This document shows positions 42,083 to 54,924 of a stretch of DNA of 64,000 nt, piece after piece. The first letter of the stretch is position 1. The number at the start of each line of letters is the position of its first letter. The notes beneath the pieces were generated by a model. That model was not told the DNA's origin. It did not search any database and saw only the letters and a program-made list of their open reading frames with translations. The position numbers and the translations under genes were made by a program. This stretch comes from the human T2T-CHM13v2.0 reference genome, Homo sapiens. The stretch lies in NCBI RefSeq assembly GCF_009914755.1, contig NC_060927.1. The stretch is one strand, 5' to 3'.

Positions 42083-44040
42083 ACCCTAATCACTTTTTGA
42101 CAGGACATTCAGAGTGAGCCAGTATCAGGATGCAGAATCTGTAAGCAGACAGAGATACGTTACCACACTTTTAACAGATTCATTGGGAGTATGGAGTGTG
42201 GATATTGCTGCCTAGGGTTGAGTGGAGATTACATAAAATTACAGAGGAGCAGAGAGGTCTTCTGGGATTGGAGAATGATCAAGTAACTTTTGAGACCTTA
42301 TTACTGTAGGATCAGATCAACAGGGATGGATCTGACCATGACCTACTAGTAGGAAAGTACACAGAGGCCCTTAAAATAATTCATAATCAAGGTAGAAGGA
42401 ACTGGGACTAGTGGACTAATCTCTCTGAAAACTGTTTTATATGGAAGAGTAATGTTGGGGTTTTGTCAGAGAGATTGTTTCCCAACCCTGTCATCCTACA
42501 GGAAAGTCTGTGTGAGTGATTTTAAAAGTTTTAATTCGGAGTTATAACATTTAGCAGTGAGTATCCATCACCAGTAATTTCACCAATGTGTGACATCAAG
42601 AGGTAGAGAAGCAGTAGCAACAACATTCAATGCTTGAGGCTACAAGCATTGACATCAACTGTGACTCTTTCAGCATCCAGTGGTCATGTCTTAATTTCAG
42701 ATCTACTTGGCAAGAGTACATGGCAGCTAGGACTAACCTACACTTATATTCTTTGGCATGACTCCTGGGAAAGAAAATCACTGGAGGAAAAAAGTGGAGT
42801 CCCGCTCTTCTGATCATGTACATTCTGGGCAACATAAATGTGGGACAAACTGCTAGAATCGGCCCTGCTGGTGATGTTTTTTATTGAGATGACATTTATA
42901 GTTCCTGTGCATCTCCTTAGACTGACAGTGATGTGAGGGTAGGGCTTGTGTCTATCTTATTCCCTAGCACCCATCCTGGTTCCTGGTAGATAGTACACAG
43001 ACATTGAGTAAATTTTTAATGAATGAATAAATGACAGAATGGCTGTATACATGATTCCTCGATTAGTCTGTGAATTCTTAAATTCAGAAACAATGTCTAA
43101 TACTGAGTATGCTTCCTATTTAGAGTTTAATTTATTTTCTTTCTCCCTTTTGCTCTATAATGTTTTTAGGTCAGCAAGGATTTCTCTTCTACTTTTTATC
43201 CTTTTTTGCCCCCCTGAACTCTCCTCCAAATACTTCTGGCCTTATCTCTTGCCTTCTCATCCTCTAGATGGCTCTCAGAAAACACTTAACCTTCTAGTTA
43301 CATTACCAGTTTAATGAGTTAGGCTGCTTCTCACTCAGTCCTCACAACTCAAGCAGTGGATTCATATACTATCTTTTGTTTGGAAAGAGAAGACAGCTAT
43401 ACAAACGAATGTTCAAATGTAATGTTTTTCTATTGTTAAACTATTCTATTACAACTCCAGCTTCACAGTACTTTAGCAACAGCACAAGGTCTGAACAAAG
43501 GTGATAATTTTATAGCAAAAGGAATAGTTTATCTCTCTAGAGAATAAAACTGTCATTGATCTTCATGATAAATTGAATCTCAGGGTCTGAAAATATAGAC
43601 CTTGTTTTTCTTTTTTTTTTTTCATGATAAAGATGACCTTGCCACTATTATAAATCAAAAGTAACTAAGGTTTTTTGCTTTCATAAAGTTACAAAGAACA
43701 GAAAAGTATCCCCGTGACCCTTGTCCACCACCACATACCACATCTGGGGAGACTTCACAGGTACATTCTTTAATTTCTATGTGTTGACATTTTCTTTTTA
43801 GCCTCCTGGTTAAGAAGAGGGAACCTACTAAATATATTTCTACACATTGAGGGGACAATTCTTTTAGTAAAATTTCATGACTGTAAAAACAAAAACAAAA
43901 AGTAATAATAACAGGTCAATCAAAAGTCAATTTTTAGTTTAATGTAAGGAAGATCCCAAAAGAGAAGGTAAAAATACGAGATTTGATTTCCATTTGCTAA
44001 TTTACACAATCCAGGTGAACAGCATATTAAAAATTACTTA

Positions 44041-44329
44041 TTTTTTGAGATAGGGTCTCACTCTTTCACCCATGCTGGAGTGCAGTGGCACAGTCATGAC
44101 TCACTGAGACTTGACCTCCTAGACACAAATGATCATCCCACCTCAGCCTCCCAAGTACCTGGGACCACAGGCATGCACCACCATGCCTGGCTAATTTTTT
44201 ATTTTTTAATTTTTGTAGAGACAAGGGTCTATTTTTCCCAGGCTGGTCTCAAATTCCTGGGCTCAAGCAATCCTCCCACTTTGGCCTCCCAAAGTGCTGG
44301 GATTACAGGCATGAACCACTGCATCCAAC
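44041..44329 (-). mobile_element. AluJ
   Basis: Antisense Alu with J motifs (GGGCTCAAGCAATCCTCCCAC); TSD AAAATTA(C/T)TT. Confidence 0.92.
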
Positions 44330-44565
44330 AAAAATTATTTTTTTAACTATTAAACCATATCCATTTTAAGGTAAGAAATTAGAGGTGGAATGAGAATAAA
44401 TTTTTATTCAATTTTACTCAAGAGGTATTTACTGGGCACTGTGCTTTCAAGAACCTTACATGGCAAATCCACCTGTAATTAAAACTACATGTGTTGCAAG
44501 AAAAAAGTGCTATTAGTATATGGAAGAGGGGGAACTTAATTTTAACTTAAACATTACAGAAAATA

Positions 44566-44792
44566 AATTGTGCACATGTACCCTAAAACTTAAAGTATAA
44601 TAATAATAAAAAAAATAAATTATCCAGACGTGATGGTGGGCGCCTGTAGTCCCAGCAACTTGGGAGACTGAGGCAGGAGAATGGCTGGCATGTACCCGGG
44701 AGGCGGAGCTTATGGTGAGCCGAGATTGCGCCACTGCACTCCAGCCTGGGCAACAGAGAGAGACTCCATCTCAAAAAAAAAAAAAAAAAAAA
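44566..44792 (+). mobile_element. Chimeric insertion: ~50 nt young L1 3' terminus plus AluY right arm
   Basis: TTGTGCACATGTACCCTAAAACTTAAAGTATAATAATAATAAAA, then an Alu right arm (GAATGGC...CCCGGGAGGCGGAGCTT) and poly-A; single TSD ATTACAGAAAATA. Confidence 0.88.
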
Positions 44793-45636
44793 ATTACAGA
44801 AAATATAATACAGGTGTTGGCATCCAAGAACTGAGGGCAATTTGAACAGCCATAAAAGGGGGAATGCCAATAGAGGTGAAGGAATAGCATAAATAAATCA
44901 TAGACATTGTAAAGTCCAAGGGATGTTCAAAGACAGTGAAATGTTGAGCTCTATATTGTAGAAGGCACAGCTGGGAGGATGGCATCAAGTCATAGCATGG
45001 AGAGTACTGGATAACAGATTATGTGGGCTGCCATCTATTCTGCAGACAATAAGGCATGGGAGCTACAGGTGTGGGAGTCTGAAATCTGGCAAAATTGAGT
45101 TTGAGACCCAGAGCCAACATTTAATAGCTATGTGGTCTTAGGCAAACTACCGGGTTTCTCAGAGATTCATTGGTAATGTGGGTATGATAGCAATTCTTAC
45201 CTTACTTGAATGCTGATGGGGTAAATGACCTAATGCACACAAGACATTTAGCCCTGTGCAGTACTAAATTAGTATGAGGAAAGCATTAGCTATTACTAAT
45301 ACAGGCAATGTGGAACCATAAAAAAATTGTAAATTGGAAGATGATGTCATATGTGTTGGATAAGGACAGAGTTGAAGGCGTTGGGAAGTATGGATTGGGT
45401 GTATGGAAGGTCAGAGAGATCATTTTTGAGATTACTACAAGAGATTATGAAAATCTAGAGTAATGGGACACAAGATTAGTTGCTGGAGACAATGTATGGA
45501 AGAGGATTATGAATTTGACTAGATTTGAGATGAACTGGAAAGTTTTTAGCTCTTGATAGTTAGGGAATGCAAAACGATATCAACCAAGAAAATAGTGATC
45601 CTATTACCGAATATTGCAATTAAAATGGTACATAGT

Positions 45637-45900
45637 TACTACTATGGTTTTTGTGTTTGTGTGCCCTCAAAAATTCATGTTCAAATTTAATTCCCTGTGT
45701 AACAGTACATAAAGAGGAAGGGTCTTTAGGAGGTAATCAATCAGGCCATGCAGGCTCCACTGTCATAGGTGAAATTAATGCCTTATAAAAGAGTAGGCGA
45801 TAACTAGCTAGGCCCCCTTTACCCCTTTTTACCCTTCTGCCTTCTGCCATGTGAGGACACAGCATTTGTTCCCTCCCTTTTTAAAAGATAAATTTCCTAA
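45637..45900 (+). mobile_element. MST/MLT1A-type MaLR LTR, partial
   Basis: CTATGGTTT...AAAATTCATGTTCAAATTTAATTCCC...CCTTATAAAAGAG...CCTTCTGCCATGTGAGGACACAGC. Confidence 0.75.
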
Positions 45901-45903
45901 GTA

Positions 45904-45992
45904 TTAGGTTGGTGCAAAAGTAGCTGTGGTTTTTGCCATTAAGAGTAATTAAAAATAATGGCCAAAACCGCAATTACTTTTGCACCAACCTG
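45904..45992. mobile_element. MADE1 (Hsmar1 mariner MITE) with an enlarged spacer
   Basis: TTAGGTTGGTGCAAAAGTA...TACTTTTGCACCAACCT terminal inverted repeats, flanked by TA. Confidence 0.93.
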
Positions 45993-46469
45993 TAAAAGGA
46001 AGAAATGAAAGCTAAGAGGTTCAATAAGATTAAAGATTGTGATAATTTATAATTTATAAACTCTTTAGTGTTTCCTTTTCTCAAAATAACAACTGAAGGC
46101 TAATTACAGAAGGGGTCGTGGGGATAAAAACTCAAAGAGAAAAAATAATTTAAAAAATTTTAAGTTACATTTCAACAGAAATTAATCAGACACTTATACA
46201 GCAGGAAAAGCTTTTTTATTCAAGTACAGCTTTTTTTTCTGTCAATTAGATGGTTTTTCCACTCAAAATGATCCATCTTTGTAATTGATATAAACTCTCA
46301 CTTGAAAATGAAAGGCACTGGAATGCAGAGCAGATTTTCAGGCCCAAACGGAACTGTATTTGAGACTCAGATCCTCCATTTATAAGCTGTCATATCTTGT
46401 TATGTGAAATGAGTATAAAGTATTATTTGTCAAATAGAGTACTTGTGTGCCAAATAGAATAATGCATAT

Positions 46470-46824
46470 TGATATGGTTTCCTTCTGTGTCCCCACCCAA
46501 ATCTTATCTTAAATTGTCATAATCCCCATGTGTTGGGGGAGGGACCCAGTAGGAGGTAATTGAATCATGGGGACAGGTCTTTCCCATGCTGTTTTTGTGA
46601 TAGTGAATAAGTTTCACGAGTCTGATGGCTTTATAAAAGGAAGTTCCCCTACACACGTTCTCTCTTGCCTGCCACCATGAGCCCTTTGCACTTCCTTTGT
46701 CTTCCACCAGGATTGTGAGGCCTCCCCAGCCATGTGGAACCGTGAGTCCATTAAATCTCTTTCCTTTATAAATTACCCAGTCTCTGGTAAGTCTTTATTA
46801 GCAGTGTGAGCACATGCTACTACA
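46470..46824 (+). mobile_element. THE1C-like MaLR solo LTR inserted in a MIR
   Basis: TGATATGGTTT...GGTAATTGAATCATGG...TACA; perfect 5 bp TSD CATAT. Confidence 0.9.
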
Positions 46825-46880
46825 CATATGAAGGGCTTAGTGCAGTTTCTGGCATGTGTTTATACTCAATGTATAATAGG

Positions 46881-46984
46881 AGATGGTGGTGGGGGTGATG
46901 GTGTTGCTGGTCATGGTGGTGTTGGTGATGGTGGTGGTGCTAGTAATGCTACTAGTAGAGATGGTGATGGTGATGGTGGTGGTG
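46881..46984. repeat. (GGT/GAT)n low-complexity repeat
   Basis: Imperfect GGTGAT/GGTGGT array; explains the Gly-rich and Val/Met-rich ORFs here. Confidence 0.9.
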
Positions 46985-47009
46985 GAAAACATTGGTCATG
47001 TATTTTACA

Positions 47010-47160
47010 ACAGGTCTTCACAAACTAATGTATGTGAAAGCCACCTGGATATCTTGTTAAAATACACATTGCACTTCAGTAGGTCTGGAGTGGGGTCCCA
47101 CATTTTTTATCTCTAACAAACTCCCAGGTGATGCTGATGCTGCTGGTTTGAAGAACACAC
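47010..47160. mobile_element. MER5A
   Basis: CACCTGGATATCTTGTTAAAAT...TTCAGTAGGTCTGGAGTGGGG...CTAACAAACTCCCAGGTGATGCTGATGCTGCTGGT. Confidence 0.8.
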
Positions 47161-50044
47161 TTGGTTTGAAGACCACAGACTGTATGATTGACGGTCTCGA
47201 GTTTTGCGAATAAAAAAACTAAAAAATAATACTAAAAAATATTCGGATCATTTCTCAAATGAAGAGAATAAAGAGAGTATAGCAACTTTTGCAGTAATTG
47301 TATTCTTTGGAAATAATTTTTGTTTTCCAATCCTGTGCTTTGACCATTGGACTATTAAACTTGATTCAGTCAGGTTTGTTGAGCAAGTACTTCCTGACCT
47401 CCACATTAGTCAACAGCTATGCAATGTAGGTCTTTCCTCTGAGAAATTTACAATTTATATAGAATGACAAAGCACATGTAAGTAAGGCGTATATGTGGCA
47501 ATACAAGGGTGAATAAAATAAAGTGCAAAAGTGTACAGAATGAGAAATCGGTGCTTCTATAGGACAGAAAGGGGAGGGAAGCTGCTGTCTTTCCGTTGAC
47601 TATGGTGATTATTGCATAGGCATTTGTTTTCTTCTCACATATAGGCCACTATACATATAATGACCCATCCCAAGAAGCCAAAACAAACAGCTCTTCCTAA
47701 TAATCGTGGGATTAGGAGAGCTCTGAGACATGCAATCTGAAATTCTATAGGTGAAGTCACCAAGATCTCTGGTGAAGATGAGAAGATGCAGAGAGGGGGA
47801 AATATTGCTGTAGGTGGTAGTTTAGGCACCCCACACTCAGCATTTCTCACTAGGGCAAGGAAGAGCTACAAGGGTTCATCAAAGTATGAACTGTGTTCTA
47901 TGGTATTTCAAAGCCCCAGATTGCAAGCCCATCCAAGCACAAAATGATGAGCTGTTCTTAATAGTTTGGGGATGAAAACAAGGTGGAAAAAGTTAGATAA
48001 TGCCATATAAACACTTACTCCTCAAATGCTTAGGGCTTCAAGAAAATTAATGAAAACGTGCTAAAGACACACCTAACCAGACCAAAACAAACAAACAAAC
48101 AATAAGATATGGTGACAATATTCATATCACATACAACATGTATTTTATTTGCTTCTCTTCTCAAGACTGTTCTTGGGGCAAAGTCAGTGAAATAGCAGCA
48201 CTTATATATATACACATGTGTGTTTTTATGTGCACACAAACATTTACAAGGGCCCAAAGGCAAAAATACTTTATCATTGTACAAAAATTAATTAAAGGAA
48301 GGGAAAATGTAATCAATTAGAGGCAAAGTGCTGTGTAATATAAAATATTTTCTAATCATTGCATCTAATTAAAAAAAGAGAAGACCATGACTTTTAAAGG
48401 TCTTTAATTATTGTGGAAGAAGAAAATTAATTAGCAGAAATTCCCAGCTGAACATTTAGAGATGTCTGTACAAAAGGGATGTCCAAATAAGAAGGTTTGG
48501 TAGCCAAAATGATATGTAGAATTTCTGAGAATGGAGAACTGTAGAGAACTCTGAATAATACAAGCCTGTTTTCTCATCATAAAATGTTTTTTGTGCATAC
48601 TAGGACTTAAAAGAAGACATATTATATTCTGTGATTTGGCAGGGTAGACTATGGGGTCTTCTAGTAAATCGAGTAGACTTGTATTTTTTTTTTACCTTGG
48701 TTATGAAAACTAGACTAGTTTTCAAAGAATTAGCTTTGGAAATCAATCTACATTCAAAGATTGGAAGGTGCTTCAAGATCTTCCAGTGGCCTCAGGGTTT
48801 TTTTAAATTATGAACAGGAATTATTTCTTCCAATGATGGAATACAATCTGTTGGTCTTTGTTGTTCTGGTTAATAACATGATGGATATCAATGTTGCCTC
48901 TATTAATTTAACTTTCTCAATTTCATCTTCTTTGTTATCGGGTGATATTCTTTTTTAATATTATTTTATTTTCTATTTATATAAGCAACACACGCTCATT
49001 GAAGATACTGTAGAAGACAGATTAAATGTTCCAAAGGAACAAAGGAAAATCAGGTCATTTTCTATTAGTACAACTATGGCAAAAAGCACAGTGTGAATAT
49101 TATGAGATTTTAGAGCATCACAGTTTTTCTCTGTGCATAATGTGGGTGTTAATCAACTTTGATAACACTTTTTAACATTTCTGTTAGATATTTTATAGAC
49201 ATAATTTTTCTATTATTTTAAAGAATCAAAATGGAAAAAATATTTATGTAGTAGCTTGTTGAGCAAACCATAATCTATAGAAATCAAGCAGAAAATAAGC
49301 TTATTCATTCTTACAATGGCATCTGCTCACTAATTCTGATGAACATGTGCTTTTCCACCTCTTAGTTGAAATCTCAGGTTAGTCTCACTAATTTTCTGCA
49401 TCTCATATAAATATCCCAGACTCTCACCCAGCTTACAACTTCCCTCCTTCAATTCAGACCTGCTTTGGGCTTATAAATCTGATGTGAGGTTGGAGTAGGG
49501 AGTTGGGGGAAGTCTCACTGGCTATTTTGTAATTTCTTCACCTTATGTTTTATATCCACTGTCTGACTTTCTGGGCTGCCTCTAGTTTCTCCAGGGCAGG
49601 AGCAGAAGAGGAGAGAGAGAAGTCAGTATCAAAAAATACCTTATCAGGCTGGTATAACTACCATTTGCTTTGGTGACCTCTTGGTATTCAAATGTCCAAA
49701 ACTAATTCTGTATTTTCTGGGTAATTTTGTGAGTTCTTCAGAAACCTTGCAAATGTTCCTAATAAAAGCATAGCCCACTGTAGATATGATCAGCCCCTCA
49801 GAATCCAGTTTCTGCCAGACCGTCCTTCTTTTGGGCTCCAGGGAGTCCTCTTGGAAGGATGGTTCTTATGATAATTCTTTCTCCCTGGTCCACATTGGTA
49901 AGCACATTTGCTACTTCCATGCTTCGGGAAGGCAAGCTTTTCTTCGGTAAACTCAGATTCTCCTTACCTGCCAGGCAAGTCTCTCTGGTGTGTGCCAGGA
50001 ACCAACCCTGCATCCTCAAATACTAGTTCAACATTTCAAGTTTC

Positions 50045-50490
50045 AGGGTGATTCTCCAAGAAGCAGACTCCGAGACCAAGATTTAAGTACAAGTTATTTG
50101 TGTGAGAGGTGATCCCAGGAAGAACTATTAGGGGATTGAGACAGGGAAGGGCAGGAAGCCAATAAGGGGCAAATTATCAAGCAGTTTATGCCACTGAAAG
50201 CAACTGGGACTCATTCTCATTGGGGAGTTTTGGGAGACAGTGTTGCACATGCTTGGAGTCATCCCCATTGGGGAAAGATGAGCTGGGACATTTATCCACC
50301 AATTCCTTTCTGCCTTTCACTGAGAGATCCCCTGCCTTTCACTGAGGGTGTTATATCCCCTTCACTTCTGCCCACCTTGTGTACAGGACAAGTCAGCTAG
50401 AGAAAGCCTGCAGTCAAAGAGTTACACATGCTTGTATTTGGGATCTGTTGGGTAGTGCGTACTCAGAAGGAGCATGTCCACAGATAGTAT
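50045..50490 (-). mobile_element. LTR16C-like ERVL LTR
   Basis: AGAAGCAGACTCCGAGACC...GAGGTGATCCCAGGAAG...GGAAGCCAATAAGGGG...GAGCTGGGACATTTATCCACCAA. Confidence 0.75.
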
Positions 50491-50611
50491 CTGTTGTCGT
50501 TTCCTGAGAGGAGGAAAAAGCTGCCTGTTTCTTCTATTTCCAGGCACTTTTTATTTTTAAATTTCCATGTTGTTAATGTATTCATTTATCTATTTGTCTA
50601 TATATCTATCT

Positions 50612-50885
50612 ATCTTGTGATAAAGTATATGTAATATAAAATGTACCATTCCAACCATTCTTAAGTGTGCAATTCAATGGCATTAAGTGCACTTACGATG
50701 TCGTGCAACCATATCACTATCTATTTTCAGAACTTTTTCATCATCCCAAACAAACTCTGTATTCCTCATTCTCCACTCCCCACAGCTCCTGGTAAGCTCT
50801 ATTCTACTTTGTCTCTGAATTTGCTGGTTCTAGGTGCCTCAGATGAGTGGAGTCAAACAACGTATGTCCTCTTTTTTGTGTCTGC
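50612..50885 (-). mobile_element. L1MB 3' end
   Basis: TAAGTGTGCAATTCAATGGCATTAAGTGCA...TTTCAGAACTTTTTCATCATCCCAAAC. Confidence 0.8.
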
Positions 50886-51198
50886 AAATACTTCTTTTTT
50901 ATACCTTTTAGTTAGTGGCTGATAAGCTAAAAGTTTACAAAACTAGTTCTACGAACTTTTTATCGTATGCTGCTATGGTGGCCTGGCAGTTTTTGTGGTG
51001 TTCTCAGCTTCAAGACCAGAGCCAAAACAGAGAGGGAAGGCCATCTTGACAGCCTGCCCACATTGATATCAGCTCATAATAATCTAAACACTGTATATTT
51101 CATTGAGACAAATCAAACATACGGTTTTGCCCATTAGCAATACATCCTTCCATATCATACTTGGATAGACCCTGATGCATAAAGTAGTATGATTATAA

Positions 51199-51680
51199 TG
51201 TTGCTGGAAGGCTCAGGAGGGCCTCTGGATGCTGGTGGAACTCCAGCCTCAGCCAGTTTTTCAGATTCTTGACACCATCTTGAGAAAGAATTCAGGGACA
51301 AGTCAGAAGAAGCTTTCATTGCAAAGCAAAAGTACACACTTAACAGAGAAGTGCAGGGGTAGTACTGAGGGGTCGCTCACAATGAGTCTGGGTTTCTAAT
51401 TTTATGGTGTTTCTTTAATTAGGGTGTGAGATCAATTACTAGGTATTCTGGAAAAGGAGGGGATTTCAGGGACCCTCCCCTCCAGTTGCCACCCCCTTTC
51501 TCCCTTGTTTGGGTTTGCCTGGAAGAGTCATGGCATGTCACCCTGATTGGGATTTTGAATGTTTTCTCTTCCTTATTTTGGGTTTTCTATTATCCTATGG
51601 TTTCTTTGCCTAGTTCTTGTTTTAGCTGGTTTTTGGGTTTTTCCATCCACCTGCAACTACCCAGTGCTATTCCTATCTGA
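51199..51680 (-). mobile_element. ERV1 solo LTR (MER66-like)
   Basis: Reverse complement starts T(C)AGATAGGAATAGCACTGGGTAGTTGCAGG and ends CA; 4 bp TSD ATAA. Confidence 0.72.
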
Positions 51681-54600
51681 ATAAGAGCTTCAATGGGCAA
51701 TAATTACTTTTCCCCCTTGAGGATTTTAGTTTTTCCAGAAATCTGGAGGGAGATAAAAATAACTTCTTTAAAATTCATATTTACTCTCTAGGATTAAATG
51801 GTCCTTCAAAAAAAAAAAGCAATATTTTTAATGAAGGATAAAAAATTACAGAATTTACTGGTTTCTAAGGTCAAGAAGTGTTGATTTAATAGCAAGCTTG
51901 CTCCTTGAAATCCATTCCAGTCATTTATTTATTAAAAATCTTTGTTATTTTATTTATATTGTGTTATTTCAAAAAGGGTTTGAGATTGGTTTCAAATGGC
52001 CTGGCAGTGTTAATGCAGACAGTTATATTGAGAATTAAATTTAGCTTTATTGAGTAAAAAAATATATTCTTGACATAAACTCATCATCTCCCCAGTATTC
52101 TGCTATATGGAAAGGAATATGGAGAGTAACAAGTTGAAGTTCATCAGATTTCACCATCTCTAGTCTTAAAAAATTTAAGAGAATGCCATTTGAATGAATA
52201 ACTTGGTTGTGTCTATTTATAACTTAGAGCCAGAATTATATATGATGTGTATACATTTTTAAAAACAATAGAAAGTGGTGCTATGGGTGGGGGGTGTGGA
52301 AGAGGGGGATAAATAGCCTATTTGGAAATGATGGTATTGAGAGGTCTATATCTTAATAGAACTCCAAAATATTTTAAACTGGGGACCCAGAGATGCAAGT
52401 GAGAGCAGGGAGAGAAAGTACTATACTAACATTTTTTAAAAAAAGAGAAAAGAGGGGAAATATTCTAGCTTAACAATAAGCTTACCTTAATTTTTATTTA
52501 CCCGCCCATTTATTAGGAAGGGAGGAAAAGAGAAAGGTAGAATGAGCTCTGGCGAGAAATGTTAAGGTTACTTGCATGCAAATAAGGATTAAGTTGGATC
52601 ACATTGGTCACACTTTCAAGCTGGCCTGGCTCTTCCAATTTTTTCATTTCATTGATATTATTATTGCAAACTTGATTTTTAAGTACGTTTCACATATTTA
52701 TACATGCCAATGCAAGTCAAGTAACAATTATTACGTGTGATTATGTAAATGGGGACAAAGGCAGCTTTGAATTGAAAGTAGAAGAAATAAAAGCCATTAC
52801 TCCTGCTGGTGAGGATTAGATGTGTTCATGCTTTTAAATTTTCCTAATGCTACATTTTATTTTCAAAAAATATTTCTTAACAGTTGAAGTGCATTAATGA
52901 GCAACAGACATCCACAACCAATTAATTTTGACATGACCAATTTGAGATTTGTAGGTTGGAACTAGACTGGAGTTTACTCTTGTATTTTCAGTTTTAGCGA
53001 TCAAAGAGTAAAATAAGCATAACCAGTTGATTGAACAGTGTGAATAGGGCAGGACACCAGCATGAAATGGTCCACGGTTTCGTTTTGTTTTTTTTTCCAA
53101 TAACTGCCTTCGACTGTGTCCTGTCACATCTTCCCTGTACTTTAAGGACATCTCTGGCAGAGTCCACAACTTTCCCTTGGCAATGACCTCTAGCCAAAGA
53201 CCACCAGGAACACATCTGTGATTAACAAATGGAGATTATTAGTCATTGCAGAGAAGAAGAACACGTACCATGGGAATTGAGATATCTCAGTAGGAAGGTG
53301 ACATTGAATAAAATGTTGAATAGAAACATAATATAGAAATAATATATAAACTTTGTAGTTACAACTAGCTAGTCTAATGCCAGAAGTTTTTTTTAAATCA
53401 CAAAATATGCTTGGTCTGTTCAAAGGGTTTATTCAGGTTATTTTTAGCAATTGGCCTTTTAAAAATCTTTAAAGTATATCACACAGTGACTGAAAGAAGT
53501 AAGCCTAACTAAGCTGTGAACTCACTGAACAAGCAGAGATACCAAACTGACACTCACGAAGAAATTAGATGAGGGAGTCTGGGAATTTAAATGGCACACA
53601 GAACAATGAAAACCGCTAACGAAAATATGGCAAACAAAAATTCCTAGCCTGTTAGAAGGAGAAATTATCAATGCAATAAGCACCAAGAGAAAATTTTTCT
53701 GAGAGCTTAATTTAGTCAATGTAAAAATAGAGAAGCAATGTATTGTCATCAGTACTTTTGCCCATGTTATTTTGACATCATAAATCCTTTTGTTATTGGT
53801 CAATGGGGAATAATCAGCATGTTCAAGAAATTGTTGCCTTTTATCCACATAGATTTTTGTGAGAATCAAAAGGAGCATTGACATTTACAGTATCTTAGCT
53901 GACAAAAACAAATCAATGGAAACTTCAGAAAGGGTGTTCATATTTATAATTAGAATTAATCTGTCATTCATTCCGAGTCAGTAAACTGGTTGCAAATTGT
54001 GGGCAGGTAAAGAGAATGTTGTCAGAAGATGAGCATATAAATACATATGTAACATTGTCAGTTTAATAATAAAACTGATATGAAATGAAATTTCATGGTG
54101 CTTTGGTTACTGTCACAGAAATCATTTAAATTTAAATTATAGCAAACAAACACAAGAAAACCCATTTTAAATCCAACAAGTTAGCATGGGTAATTCATTG
54201 AGCAATATCAAAATATTTTCTATTTCAGACTTGGATATTTGGACTTAATCATACTCACTTGTGTGGAAAGGGGGACAGAAAAGTAAACTTGCTCATTTCC
54301 AATTAAACCCAGGAATGAGATTAAGACCACATTCTTGAATTTTTGGTTCAGGTCTTACCCAAGTAAGCAAACTCATAGCTTCAACTCTTTGTTTGGTTCT
54401 CATGAAACGAATGAGCAAATACAATGTCAAGCAGCAAATTTTACTTGCTTTATTTTTTCTACATGTAAAATTTCACTTGAAAATATGAGATGAGCAGTTT
54501 AGAAGTAAAGTGCATGGAATTTGGAGGCAAGCAGATTTGAGCTTGTGTAGGTGCAATATCAACACTTGACTCTGTCATCTGGAACAATCACATAAACTCT

Positions 54601-54924
54601 GTATCCCTTGGATTATTTACATGTTCGGTGGGAATTAAAATACTACTTAAAAACAGAATTATTATGGGAGATAATTGTGATCATACCTATAAGACATTAA
54701 AACATACTCCATGACATATAGTAAGCACCCAATGAATATAACTTGCTCCATTAAACCACCAAAATCTTTACTATTTTTCAGATATACATGGTTTATAAGG
54801 CAATAGAATGTGACATGTACACAATCCATTCAAGCTTTGTGCACTCTAGTATTCCCAGTGTTTAGTACACCATAAATCCTCTACAACAATTTGTATTTAA
54901 TACCAGCAAAGTTACACTAGTCGT

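Noticed and set aside
46828-47116. Gly-rich and Val/Met-rich ORFs
   Set aside because: Produced by the (GGT/GAT)n low-complexity repeat.
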